A DNA stretch of 63,947 nucleotides, counting the filler, from Basidioascus undulatus (Eukaryota): the NCBI GenBank assembly GCA_000826855.1. It is 3 parts of 3 records of this genome, joined end to end, with 100 filler letters (N's around TTAATTAATTAA, not from the genome) between each part and the next. Parts side by side here need not be neighbours in the genome. Positions count along the whole stretch, not along the records: positions 1 to 21,863 come from JTLS01000311.1; positions 21,964 to 43,823 come from JTLS01000312.1; 1 more part is not named here. One strand, given 5' to 3'. Made by a program: the position numbers and the translations under genes. The notes under the pieces were generated by a model that was not told where the DNA came from, ran no database searches, and saw only the letters and a program-made list of their open reading frames with translations. Below, one piece after another: positions 13,601 through 24,249 of this stretch; within the stretch, counting starts at the first letter, position 1; each line of letters begins with the position of its first letter.

Positions 13601-14996
13601 ACGTTGTCGCGCCCTCGCTGCGGAATCGAACAAGGTAAACACGCTAGGGACGAACACCCCTAGGCTTTGCTAATCAGGATTTCCTTCACAGGTCCCTCGA
13701 GGTCGAGCCCGTCATGGTCGACATTCTGCTCGAGATGATCAAGATTCCCGCGTCGCTCAAGGCGTGGCGAACGCAAGTCGCGGACGCGTTCGCTGACATG
13801 CGCTTCTTCAACGCGCCCCCGTCCGCCAGCCAGCAGTGGAAGCCGCTCGTGCACGCGCTGCTCACTAGCGAGAAGGAACGGCTCTTGGAGTTGATCGGTG
13901 CGCATTTCGTGCGGAGGTTTTTGAGGCCTGAGCTGACAAGATGGCCGTCGGGTTACAGGCAAGGTCTCTGCCGCGCCGTCTGCCAACATCTTCGCCAACC
14001 GGGAGTATGAGATGCTCACGCGCGCGCTTAACCTCCGTCGACTGTCCTTTGTCATTTTCGCCGGCGACAAGAACCACTACCTCTTGCAGCTGCCGAGCAT
14101 TCAGGAGAAGCTGGTCGAGGTCGTGCGGACGACGTCGGTTGCGCCGACTGTTCAGAGCGAGGTTCGTCTTTGCGCGTTGTCTTTATATAGTCTATCTGAT
14201 AGCTGACTTTCGGGTACGAAGGTGTATCTCTGCCTCCGGGTGTTGCTTTGCCGCATCTCACCGCAGAACCTCACCTCGTTCTGGCCAATCATCCTCACCG
14301 AACTTGTGCGGTTCTCCTTCCCATGCAGACACCGCCGAGCAGACCGCCTACTGACGCGCTACTTCGTTCTGCCAGCTCCGCCTATTCGAGACGCTCATGG
14401 AGGAACAGCCCGCGGACGGCTCTGACTTCCTCGGGCTCGTGCTCTCTGCCTGCAAGCTTCTCGACGTGCTGCTTGTCCTGCAGACGGAGGACTTTCAAAT
14501 GTGAAGCGAAATTTGTTTTCCTTGTGCTGAAGATGTTACTGATACTTGCATGCAAACAGCTATCAATCCCTCTTCGTCACCGACACCGTCGACGCCGTAT
14601 ATCCTCCCGAAGGCTGGGAACCGCAAGCCATCATGGACCGGATCGCAGAGATTGTCTCCGAACACGCCGACCCCGCCGTACGCTCTTAAGTTGCACTCCC
14701 GCCGGCGTCTTTCTGACTGCCTTCCTGGCTACTCTTTAAACCCGCAGATTCCTCTTGACCTCAACCCCTCTACTTCCCTTTCCCGAAATCCATCCACAAC
14801 CACCACCGCTACTGCAATCACCGCGCCTCTGCGACGTCCGCTGCTCGCCGGCGTGCGCTCAATCGAGCGGATCGGCCAACTCGCGAGCTTCTTCTCGCAG
14901 ATCAGTCTGGCTTCGTACGAGAGCGTGTACGCGAGCTCGGGTGTCGACTGGGAGGCTGTCGAGCGCGGGATCGAGCTGGACTTTTTCGAGGGCTGA
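7637..14996 (+). CDS. DOP1: Dopey/DOP1 endosome-Golgi trafficking protein (multi-exon)
   Basis: Dopey N-terminal motifs [53 protein letters not shown] and RRDLSLNRRLYAWLLG are present, as are C-terminal RALNLRRLSF, LPSIQEKL and FWPIILTEL. Ends IELDFFEG*. Confidence 0.95.
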
Positions 14997-15360
14997 GGAC
15001 GCCTCTGATTCTTACTTGAATAATCATATACATCTTGATGCTGTTCTTGTTGGAAGGGTGTGCAACGGAATGAAAGAGTGCGGATGCCACATGGTTGTTG
15101 GCGCCTCGGCTGGGACGCCCGAAGTCAAGGAAACATTGCAAGTTGTGTCTCCAGCGTCGCCTTTTTTCTTTCCACTCTGCGGCTCTTCAGGCGTATGACG
15201 CGTAACTGCTAGAATATTCTGGTCAATCGTCAGGGTCCTAAGCGGCCACGCCGCAGACCCTTGTCAAGATTGAAGCTGAGTCACAGTCGGCGACTGAAAA
15301 GCGCGTCGCGTCGCGATTGATGCACTCTTGTCCTGTTCTCATTCAAATCTGCCGGCCGTC

Positions 15361-16043
15361 ATGTCTGCTCCTCCGGCGTCGGCCTCTGCTCCACGAAATT
15401 TCACTCTTCGCCGCGCGCTGCCCTCCGACGCCGAGCTCCTCGCGAATTTCGTCGTCCGTGCCTCCATCGCCGCCTATGTCGCGCCTGTAGGCCTCGGTCT
15501 CGGCGACCCGTCCTACATCCTCTCGTCGCAATTCCAATCGGACATCCTCCGCGCACGTCACAAATCGCTTTCGGATCCACGCGTACTCGTCCTCCTGGCC
15601 GTGCCTCCGGAAAGCGAAAACGAGATCCTGGGCATCGTCGAGTTCGGGTCGCGGCGAAGCTACGTGGACTTGGACGGGCGATGCGAGAGCGAATGGGAGG
15701 TCTGGATGCTATATGTCTCCCCTAATGCGAAGGGGACCGGCGTAGGACGGCAGATGGTTACGGAGGCGATGCGACTCGGCGGCGTCAGGCCCGGCGAGCG
15801 AGTCGTCGTCTTGACGTTCAAGGGGAACACGGCCGGGCAGGCATTCTACAAGCGGCTCGGCGCGGAGTTGAAGTACGATTGTCCAAACTACATTGTGAGA
15901 AAACCGATGCTCTTTCTATCCCTATAAATGTTCAACACAGAAGTTGACGGGAACGCAAATTGTCGCAGTGGGGAGGCAAAAAGTACGACGTGGTCGCACT
16001 CGAATGGTCAGGACCGGCCCTGCGGGCATTGCTAGACGTTTAA
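15361..16043 (+). CDS. GNAT-family N-acetyltransferase (2 exons, intron 15895-15968)
   Basis: Acetyl-CoA-binding motif LYVSPNAKGTGVGRQMV and GNTAGQAFYKRLG. Exon 2 reads WGGKKYDVVALEW...LLDV*. Confidence 0.85.
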
Positions 16044-16388
16044 ACTGCAATGGAAGCACAAGTTGCATGATTTCACTGACTTTCGCTTCGTGAAGACTCC
16101 TAAAAGTGAAAGAGACTCAAGGCGAAAGTGCAGAAACTTAAGTCTCGTTGCAAAGTCGGGCCGTTCCTCCCTCGTTTCGGCTGCTCAAGCTCTTCTTCAT
16201 GTCTCTCCCACACCTTATAGACAATTCTGAGTTTGCTATCACAGTCTTCACGGTCAAATGCATCCGCGCCGTTAGCTTGGTCCTCTCCACAACCTCTCAA
16301 CAACCTCGCCACCGCACCTTCTCCAAGCTACAGTTGGGCCTTCACGAGCCAACTTACTGCACATCCTGAATTGATCTATTACTTCTGA

Positions 16389-16985
16389 ATGACTCATTTC
16401 TGCTCACCCTAAGAACCACACCTTCGTCTTGAGTGGCAACTCGCCAACTACTGTCGTTGGCGAGTCTACGCCGTCTTCGAACCCGTTTTCATCGGTTGTC
16501 GAGGGCCCCACAAAATCGGAGGCCACCGATGGCCTCCAGGGTAATAAACTTGCCCCCCTCGAGCCGAAGAGTGCCGTTCGATCGAAGTGGGAGGATGTCG
16601 CGGACACGCTTGGCGTCGATGACCCGACCGCCAGCAGGATCATGGTCAGTGCCGGTCACCTCTGTCTGGCTACTCAACGAAGTCATCGCTCACCGTACTC
16701 CCCAAATAGGACTATGTAGTTCCCAGAGTCCGTGATTTCCTAGATCCCGCCTTTCCCGTCGAGTACCAGCTAGACGAGCAGCTGGACATTTGCGGCCTGC
16801 CCGTGCGTCTATCTCTGGTCATGGAAATGGTTGTGCCTGGCACCTGATGCTAACTTTCGGGCGTCCATGCGATTATAGACCACCTCCCGTGTCTACAGCT
16901 GTAAAGTGCGCGAGGACAAGTGTGGGCCTGGTGGCCCTGTCTACTTGGTGATGCAGCGTGCAATAGACGCCCTCCGCGTGGCGAG
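16389..16985 (+). pseudogene. Decayed multi-exon hypothetical protein gene
   Basis: Canonical splicing gives KWEDVADTLGVDDPTASRIM|DYVVPRVRDFLDPAFPVEYQLDEQLDICGLP| followed by a ...PVYLVMQRAIDALRVAR exon. The ATG at 16389 is out of frame with exon 1 and meets TAA after 7 codons. Confidence 0.4.
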
Positions 16986-17355
16986 GTCACTCCTGGGTTC
17001 CCTTCCCGATATTTTTGACAAATTGAGTTAGAATACAATCGACTCTTGCTTCAACATCGACCCGAAGAGCCGACTTGCTTTTCTACTTCGAGCGTCTCGG
17101 CATTAGTGGCGCTTTCCGTTTTCCATCGCTCGCAGGCTCCCACGCCGTTCGTCATGGGAAGCGGGATGTACCCTTAAAATACAGCTGACTGCAACTGGCA
17201 GTGCTGAAAATTGCCGAGCCCCCTCCCTCCGTCATCGTCCCACGAGTAAATACCAACGCCCGACGAGTCAATAAAGTAAGGGCGCCCAATAAGGCGCGTC
17301 CCGCCTCTTGGTAGGCTACATCTCCAGCAGCGCACTCAGGTCCGCCCCAGTACAT

Positions 17356-18516
17356 TGTAAGTGCGACGCCGAGGTGTCAACCCCCACCTTCCCCGGACCT
17401 CTCACCGGTCGGGTGGGTAGGTACTGTGCGACTCACGTCAGGTTAGGTGACTAGGTTAGGGTGGCGGGGTATCGACTGTGTTAGGACGGTGTTAGGGTTG
17501 GGTCGGGGTGGTAGGGCTGGGTGTTGGGGTAACTTGGGGACACCACTGGGTATGGGTTGGTTACTGTGGTGGTGGGGTGGTTAGGTTTAAGGTGATACGG
17601 GTTAATGGTAGGGTGATGGATATCTTTATTGAGTTGTTTGTTTGGAAAACAATGACAAAACTTTGAACAATTGAAAACAAACGAAACTCACTTTCAACCC
17701 TGGTGGTTGCGTTGTCATTAGCAACCTACGCCAGGTGCGGCACCGTCGCACCCGAAGTGTGCTGCACTGGGTAAGTGTGTGAACATATGCCGGTGATAAA
17801 AGGCAACCCGGAGGGTTGCAACAGTGAGTGTCCGTTTTGTTAAAGTTTGTTCAACAATTATTCAATAATTTCCAATCAAAAGAAAGAAAATAACATATCC
17901 TCACACAGAACACCTTACGCGACACACACACCTTACACTGAACACCTATACACGACCCCACGCAGGACATACCCCGACGTAACAGGAGTGCCCCAGACTC
18001 GAGATAGGTCACCCTACCTGCGCACTTACCGACGTACGTGACATGGTACTGGCAGTGTACAGTGGGATTAAAGGAGCAGTCAGGGATGTCAGGGGGGCCT
18101 GTACAGCTAATCTAACCTAACCCGTCCTTTCACTTTCCGAGGCACGCGCAACGAGTATGCGTGGGCGGTTACTGGAGGCTACTGTGAGGGACTGGTTACT
18201 GTAGTCCCCGGGATGCGAGAAGGCCCTCTGGCGGGCCCCTAAGTTAGGTAATGAGGGGACCCGGTGATTAGTGAGTGTTGAGATGCGCGAGTCCGTACTC
18301 TGTAGTTCATTCTCGCCTCAGTTAGTGGTAGATGAGTTAATGAGTTAATGAAGTGAGGACACCTCACCGCTCCGCTCGCAAGCTCGCTGCGGGATTCGGT
18401 GCGTGCTGAGGCAGGCGTGGTGGATGGTCCGGTTTTGGGGAAGGAATCATTGTATTGTGGGTGTGGCTCGTCCCTATACACACAGCTATAGACTACCAGA
18501 AGCAAAGATAGCTACA
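17356..18516. mobile_element. Non-coding element with TGTA...TACA termini (solo LTR or foldback/non-autonomous element) containing a diverged internal palindrome
   Basis: Starts TGTAAG at 17356 and ends CTACA at 18516, with an abrupt compositional change. Inverted arms lie at ~17356-17711 and ~17802-18030. The flanking 5-mers TACAT and ATCAT match at only 3 of 5 positions, so there is no clean TSD. Confidence 0.45.
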
Positions 18517-19086
18517 ATCATCTTATGTTCATCGCGACCCTTCCAGGCTGAACCGTGTACCTTCGGGCTCACCATTGCTTCGACGAAATATAAATAAGGA
18601 ACCTCACGCTCAACTTGGAAGTTCATTGCGGGGTGGAAGATTGCAGCTCCACCCCGACCATGCCGCCCTCCCGTGATGAAGTTGGAGTCGTCCCAGGGCA
18701 ATGACGTGCACAGTAGCAAAGTCGATTTCGTTGCAGAAAAGCAGGGTTTCTCTCCTTGTGTTCTATGTATTTCATTGCGTTGCAAGCCCGTTGTTGATGA
18801 TTAGGGCACACACCTGCGAGAAGAGTCGCCGCATCGCGACAGTCGGCCATGTGACAATTTGAGATCCTGAGAAAAATATAGAGCAAAGTTGGGCTACAGG
18901 GTCGATGAGATACACCCGTTGGCAAGAAAACATTGTTTAATTTCAGAGACGGTGGTAGTTCACCCAGGGGGGCGGCGAGAAGGGCAAGCGCCGGTGCCCA
19001 ACTGTAGGCGGCTTTCAGCGCCTCGCTCCCGTCTCGCCCTCCACACAAAGTAAAAGAATTTCCTCCCTCGCCCACGCAAAAAGTAA

Positions 19087-19168
19087 CGACGCCTGTGTGA
19101 TTCGAACACACGCTCCCAGAGGGAACTGCCTTAGCAGGGCAGCGCGTTAACCACTCCGCCAAAGCGCC
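19087..19168 (-). tRNA. tRNA-Ser(GCT), intronless, long variable arm
   Basis: Minus strand reads GGCGCTTTGGCGGAGTGGTTAACGCGCTGCCCTGCTAAGGCAGTTCCCTCTGGGAGCGTGTGTTCGAATCACACAGGCGTCG. It has a cloverleaf, A/B boxes, G73 discriminator and a T5 Pol III terminator just downstream. Confidence 0.95.
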
Positions 19169-20170
19169 TGCGAAAACTGAATGCTGTGCCAACTTAAAAA
19201 CACTAAAGTAACGCCGAGGCGAACGAATTTTTTTAACATGTAAGACGTCTTCAGAGCGGTTTGGGAGCCGCTTAGGGGCAATCATGTAGGGTTAGAGAAA
19301 ATATATGTATACTGTCAGCCATTGGCAGTGGAAGTAGGCCGCCAGATCCGCCAGGGATCGAAGACAACCTCGAATAAGACGCAGCGAGGCTGAAAGCCTT
19401 CAAGTTGACTCTCCGCTGCACGTCGATCTACCCCTTCCGCTCTGTATCTCTGTCTAACGCTTGGCCTACAAAACACGAGTAATACTTGCACTTGCTGCTT
19501 GAATTTCAAGACGGGTGGCTAGACTTTCAGAAAGTACTCACCTGGTTAGACCCGCCAGCGCCGTGAAGGACTGCCGGCGGCTAACTCGAGGTTGTCCTCG
19601 GCATGCACCGCACCTTGAAGGAAGTGATGGCAGACATAGAGCATGCTTAGGAGACAGATCAATATTAACCACTCCTCACTCTCTCAAGCGAATAGGTTTG
19701 GGTCAGTCGGTGTCCCCCCTACGCGCTTGAGCCCTCCTCTTAGCGTGGTAGGCCACTGGAAAGACACCGCAAGTGTGGGATTACCTGACGCGTCCTGAAA
19801 ACATCAACGTTCGGAAGTCTATGGAAGTAGGCGAGGGCGTCTTTTGAGCGAAGTTTGCATATGTCGCCTATGCCTTCTCTCTTTGCCCGGGCCTGGCCAA
19901 CCGCTGTTAAGACTTGAACCTTCGGTATTGCTTGCTGGCAGCTGGCTGTAGCAGGTCCATAGCTTTGGTTGAATCCAAAGGGCTCCAATTTGTGGAAACA
20001 ACTATGTTTGAGGACACTGTCGAGTCATTCTTCGGCCTGACCCAGACGCCTACTGTGTCGTGTGCAGTTGCTCGACAATCGATGTGCCACCTTGCCCTCT
20101 TCCACCAACAATACATATCCACACCAACACCATCACGCTTCCAATTACACATGTCTTACAAAGCTATGTC

Positions 20171-20601
20171 ATGGCCGCTTCCGGCCAACTCGATGCGGAT
20201 ACGCTTCTGCTGCTCGCCGCCCTTCATGAGTTGTCTCGGAACATGGGCAAGCAGTTCGACCGGCTGAGCCAGAGTCTGAACAGAATGTACGCGAGTATAG
20301 CTTCGACGGAGGCGTCCTTGAGCAAGGGGATGAGGGACATCAAGAAGGAGCTCGGACGGCCCCGACCCACCACACGCTCGCTGCTTTTGAGGAGTTGGTC
20401 GCCCGCTCGTCGGTGGGCGACAGGGCAACGCCCCACCCAATAGAAGTACGGGAAGGTATTCCTAGACCAGCACTGGTGCGTGACCTTCGAGACACCGCTT
20501 CCCCTCATGGTCTTGCCCGAGGCGGAGTGATAGCACTGGCTGCTGATGCTGAAAGGGTGTTGCTGCAGTCTCTTCGACACCCTGACCGAGGCTGCTGCTG
20601 A
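20171..20601 (+). pseudogene. Possible coiled-coil hypothetical protein remnant
   Basis: MAASGQLDADTLLLLAALHELSRNMGKQFDRLSQSLNRMYASIASTEASLSKGMRDIKKEL has heptad-like character. It continues only through a frame switch to PIEVREGIPRPALVRDL. Confidence 0.25.
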
Positions 20602-21863
20602 CTGGGCCAGGGTGGATGAGGGGACGGTCAGGTAGCGGGCGAGACTTGAAGCGTGTATCGAGCTCTTTCATGGAGTGTGCTACACGAGCCAGAAGACCTT
20701 TTCGCCGAGTATGCCAGATTGAAAGCGACCGGGTGTCATGCTTGACGATGGAGTCCCATGTTACAATTATGGAGTAGGCTAGTAATTTCAGGTTTACGTG
20801 GGAGGATGTGCATCGTTGTTGAGGTATTCACGAATGGTGTCTGGCGTGGAATTGCCGCGAGTTGTAAAGACGCTTTGAAAGCACGACGCAGCATAATCAG
20901 CTAGCAGCGGTTAAGTTTTGCACCATCCAATTAACCCTGAATGTTTCCCCCAATCTTGAAGCTCTTGAAGAACCCTTACAAGACACTGTGGCGATCATGG
21001 CGCAGAAGAGCCTGTTTCACCGTTCAGAGCGATGTTGAGGTTTTACAATGAGTTATCTCTGCTGGCTTTTGATTCGGAGCACGAAGGTTCAAAGCTGGTC
21101 GCTTGACCTCCAAGTGCTTGTCATTTCATTCGCATTTGGTCCCGCAGTGGTAGGGGAAATGAGGCTTCCGGTACTCTAAACTATAGCTCCCTTTAACCCT
21201 TTGACAGAATCACATTGTTTTATGAAAAAATTGCTCTACGAGAGAGGGACTCCGCGCTTCTTGCCGGACTGTTGGCCACACCCAGCAGCAGTCACATTCT
21301 TGACCTTCATTGTACTGACACTAAAGATCCCCGTATTCAATCTAGTGGGACGTTGGGTTGAATACTACTTGAATGAATGGATCTGAGATGATAAGTCTTC
21401 TCACAAACAAGTCGCCCTCCCAGCTTCCCAAAGGATGCGACGCAGCAAGCGTGCTTGTCACAAAGTACTATGTGGCTAGTCTGCCCAGGGGACGGCGGAG
21501 GGAGTGCACCTACATGGAGCATGTATTATACACCCTTAAATGAACTTCAAAAGAATTTCAGCCGAGATTGCAGGCGGTCTCTCCCTCCTGTCCTGTCGAA
21601 CTGCAGGTCGGTCGACCTATCTGCATGCGGGGGCCAGCACAAGTGCCACACCTCACTTCTCCCCGAAGCTGGAACCAAATTTTCCTCTCAATTCCTAGTT
21701 TATTGGTTGAAAATGACTCAGAACAAAGAGTCCTGTTGTTTGTTGTTAGTCATTTGTACAGAGAGCTAGCCAACAGTTAATATGTTGGAGATTGAGAGGA
21801 CGATCTAGCCTTTGACACCACTTTGACGGTTGACACCTCCTTTCGTCGCTGAACCCTTTCATC

Positions 21864-21963
21864 NNNNNNNNNNNNNNNNNNNNNNNNNNNNNNNNNNNNN
21901 NNNNNNNTTAATTAATTAANNNNNNNNNNNNNNNNNNNNNNNNNNNNNNNNNNNNNNNNNNNN
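21864..21963. other. Assembly gap (100 nt) with artificial six-frame-stop linker TTAATTAATTAA at 21908-21919
   Basis: N run with a central TTAATTAATTAA, identical in layout to the second gap. Confidence 0.97.
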
Positions 21964-22590
21964 CCCCCCCCTGCTGCAGCCTGCCTCACACTGGGCGGAA
22001 TATCGCTACTTTTCAGGGCGTGGACGAGACCGAGGCAGAGCGCCAGGGCGGAGACGCGGTCAAGACCCCTCTTTCGTTTGAATGGCTGAGCTGGTGGCGG
22101 GGTCGCACGCTTAACACGTTGCGCGTCCTTCGTGAGACGTTCGGACCCGTCCCGCCCATCCAGTACCGGATCTTCCATCAAACGGGCCAGGTTCGTTTTT
22201 TACATTATTCTCGCTGCTTTAGGCTTGACTCTCACTGCGAACTCTTTACTTTGCAACGACAGAACGACGCTTACCCGCACCTGTTCGTGCACCACCGCAC
22301 GGCGGCGCTGAATGCTGCGGCGCGTTCCGTACCCGGGATTGAGATCGATCCTTGGGGGGACAACATTCGGGGGCAGGAATTACTCCAAGATTGGATACAT
22401 CCAAGCCAAGGACCCGGTTATTTATGGTCGGAAATGATGCTGTTCCGTGAGTGGACTGTTTTGGCCGTGGTGGGCTTGTGGCCACGGGTCTGCTAACGAC
22501 GGGTTTGAAACAGGACTGTGGGAGGCAGTGACGGATGCGCAGGAAGGCCTTCTGCACGACATGCTGGGGGATGTAGAGGATCTTGTCTAG
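21964..22590 (+). CDS. 3' part of a Cap64/Cas3-like SGNH-type protein (5' part lost in the gap)
   Basis: Spliced C-terminus reads RTAALNAAARSVPGIEIDPWGDNIRGQELLQDWIHPSQGPGYLWSEMMLFRLWEAV. The DxxHP and PG..LW..M pattern matches, from recall, the Cryptococcus Cap64/Cas3 family. Introns lie at ~22191-22262 and ~22447-22513. Confidence 0.6.
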
Positions 22591-23121
22591 AGCGTGGTTT
22601 CTGTTCATGGGACACGGCTGGCGGCCATGCGATGTGTCGAAGTGCCTCATCTTCTGACGCTGCAGCGACCGCAAGACAGACACTGCTGTTCCTGTCAGTT
22701 ACCAAGGGCTTATAACCGTTCTTATAAGAACCTGAAACTGTTTCATGCCTCACAAATCATTGTGCGATTATCTTGGTGTTCGGAGACGCGACGGTAAGGC
22801 GCAGCGTCCAACGTCAAGCAGGCCTGTCTCTCTGCATCGCGATTGACCCTGCCCAAGGAAGTTCTAATGTTCACGAAAGCCGTTTCTTTTCCAAATCTCC
22901 GTAAAGTTCACGATACACCATATCCCAAAAGCCGCCTCCTTGTACGGCTCTTCATGCGGCAGGCTCTTGCTCGAGCTCGTTGCCGAACTGCCGATTCGCA
23001 CACACGTCTCTTTGCCCGCTGCCAGATAAAAAGTCCAGCCTTGCCTCCAGTGCAGTCGCTCGTTTATAACCTTACAACGAACTCGTACACACCTAAACTC
23101 CCTTGAAACTCCGTATCCAGT

Positions 23122-24003
23122 ATGCACGCCATTCTTTCGGGGGCGACCGGAACCGTCGGATCGGCTGTACTCCAGAACCTGCCTCTCCAACCCGGCCATC
23201 ACACGCCTTACCATCCTCTCGCGTAGCCCCGTCCCCCAAGCCGAAGGGCACGCCAAAGCTATCGTGATCGTTCACGAAGACTTCACCCAATTCCCGCCGA
23301 CCCTGCTGGAACAACTGAAGGGCGCTGAAGGCTGCGTATGTGCGCTCGGCATTAGCCAAAATGCGGTCAACAAACAATGGGTCAACAGATGTAGAAACAC
23401 CACCATCATAGCGTCCGTTGGCTTGGGGAGACTCTCCTTATTTCAGAGACTACGTGAAGTTCGAGTGGACCGTCTTTGAGTCTTGTCGCTTGACCTAGTG
23501 ATGGCTCATCACACTCGCCGCCGCGAAAGCTTTCGCCACGCTTTCAGACCCGTTCAAGTTTGTATACGTGTCCGGAGAAGGAGTGCGTACAGCCCGACAT
23601 CCCTCGCTCACTTATCCTTCTCACATCGTGCACAGGCGGACCCGACCGAGCGCAGCTTCACTCTTTTCGGCCGCGTCAAAGGCAAGATCGAAACCGGCCT
23701 GCACGCTCTTCCAAATCGCTTCCGTCTCTCCGGAGGTTCGCGATGCGGCCGGGCTTGGTTGATCCCGAAGGAAAGTTGCTGCGCTCGCGTCCTCGTACCG
23801 CGCTGGAACGGTCCTACGACTGTGTTTTCGCGCCAGTCATGCGCCGTTGGCTCAAGTTTGGGATCACTGGAACGCGTCCGCTTGCTCGCGTTTTGACGGA
23901 CCTGGCGTGGGGAGATGGTGCTCCCCTGACGGAAGGGGAGGGCGTGGAGGCTAGGGGGAGGACGCTCCGCAACACAGCGGTCAGGAGGCTTGCAGGGTTA
24001 TAG
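23122..24003 (+). pseudogene. NAD(P)-binding Rossmann-fold (epimerase/dehydratase-like) pseudogene
   Basis: MHAILSGATGTVGSAVL is followed by an extra base near 23178 that leads to TAG at 23224. The other frame continues CLSNPAITRLTILSR...GCVCALG. TLAAAKAF, FKFVYVSGEGAD and FGRVKG are present. A second frameshift lies near 23710, and central splice signals look degraded. Confidence 0.8.
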
Positions 24004-24249
24004 TTCTTGTTCAGTGACTGCGATATTTCACAATATACTAGCCAGTTTGTGCCAACTCCTTCCGCTCTCGCATCATAAACACTCCATTCCTCTCTCACTG
24101 TTAGGGGAGCGCTTCCGCGCCTGTCGGCCCACCATTGGCAGTTCATGTGAGCCTGCCTGTTTCAGCTGCCCCTGCACCCAGACCTATAACCACTGCTGTC
24201 GCCGCCTCGCATCTCTTTGTTCCTCTCAGCAACACTAAACTGTGCTATC

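Noticed and set aside
17794..17806. Minus-strand TTGCCTTTTAT resembling U5 snRNA loop I
   Set aside because: It mismatches the invariant GCCUUUUAC, and I saw no U5 stem or Sm site in the right position.
21908..21919. TTAATTAATTAA palindrome repeated at 43868-43879
   Set aside because: Artificial gap linker inside N runs, not biological sequence.
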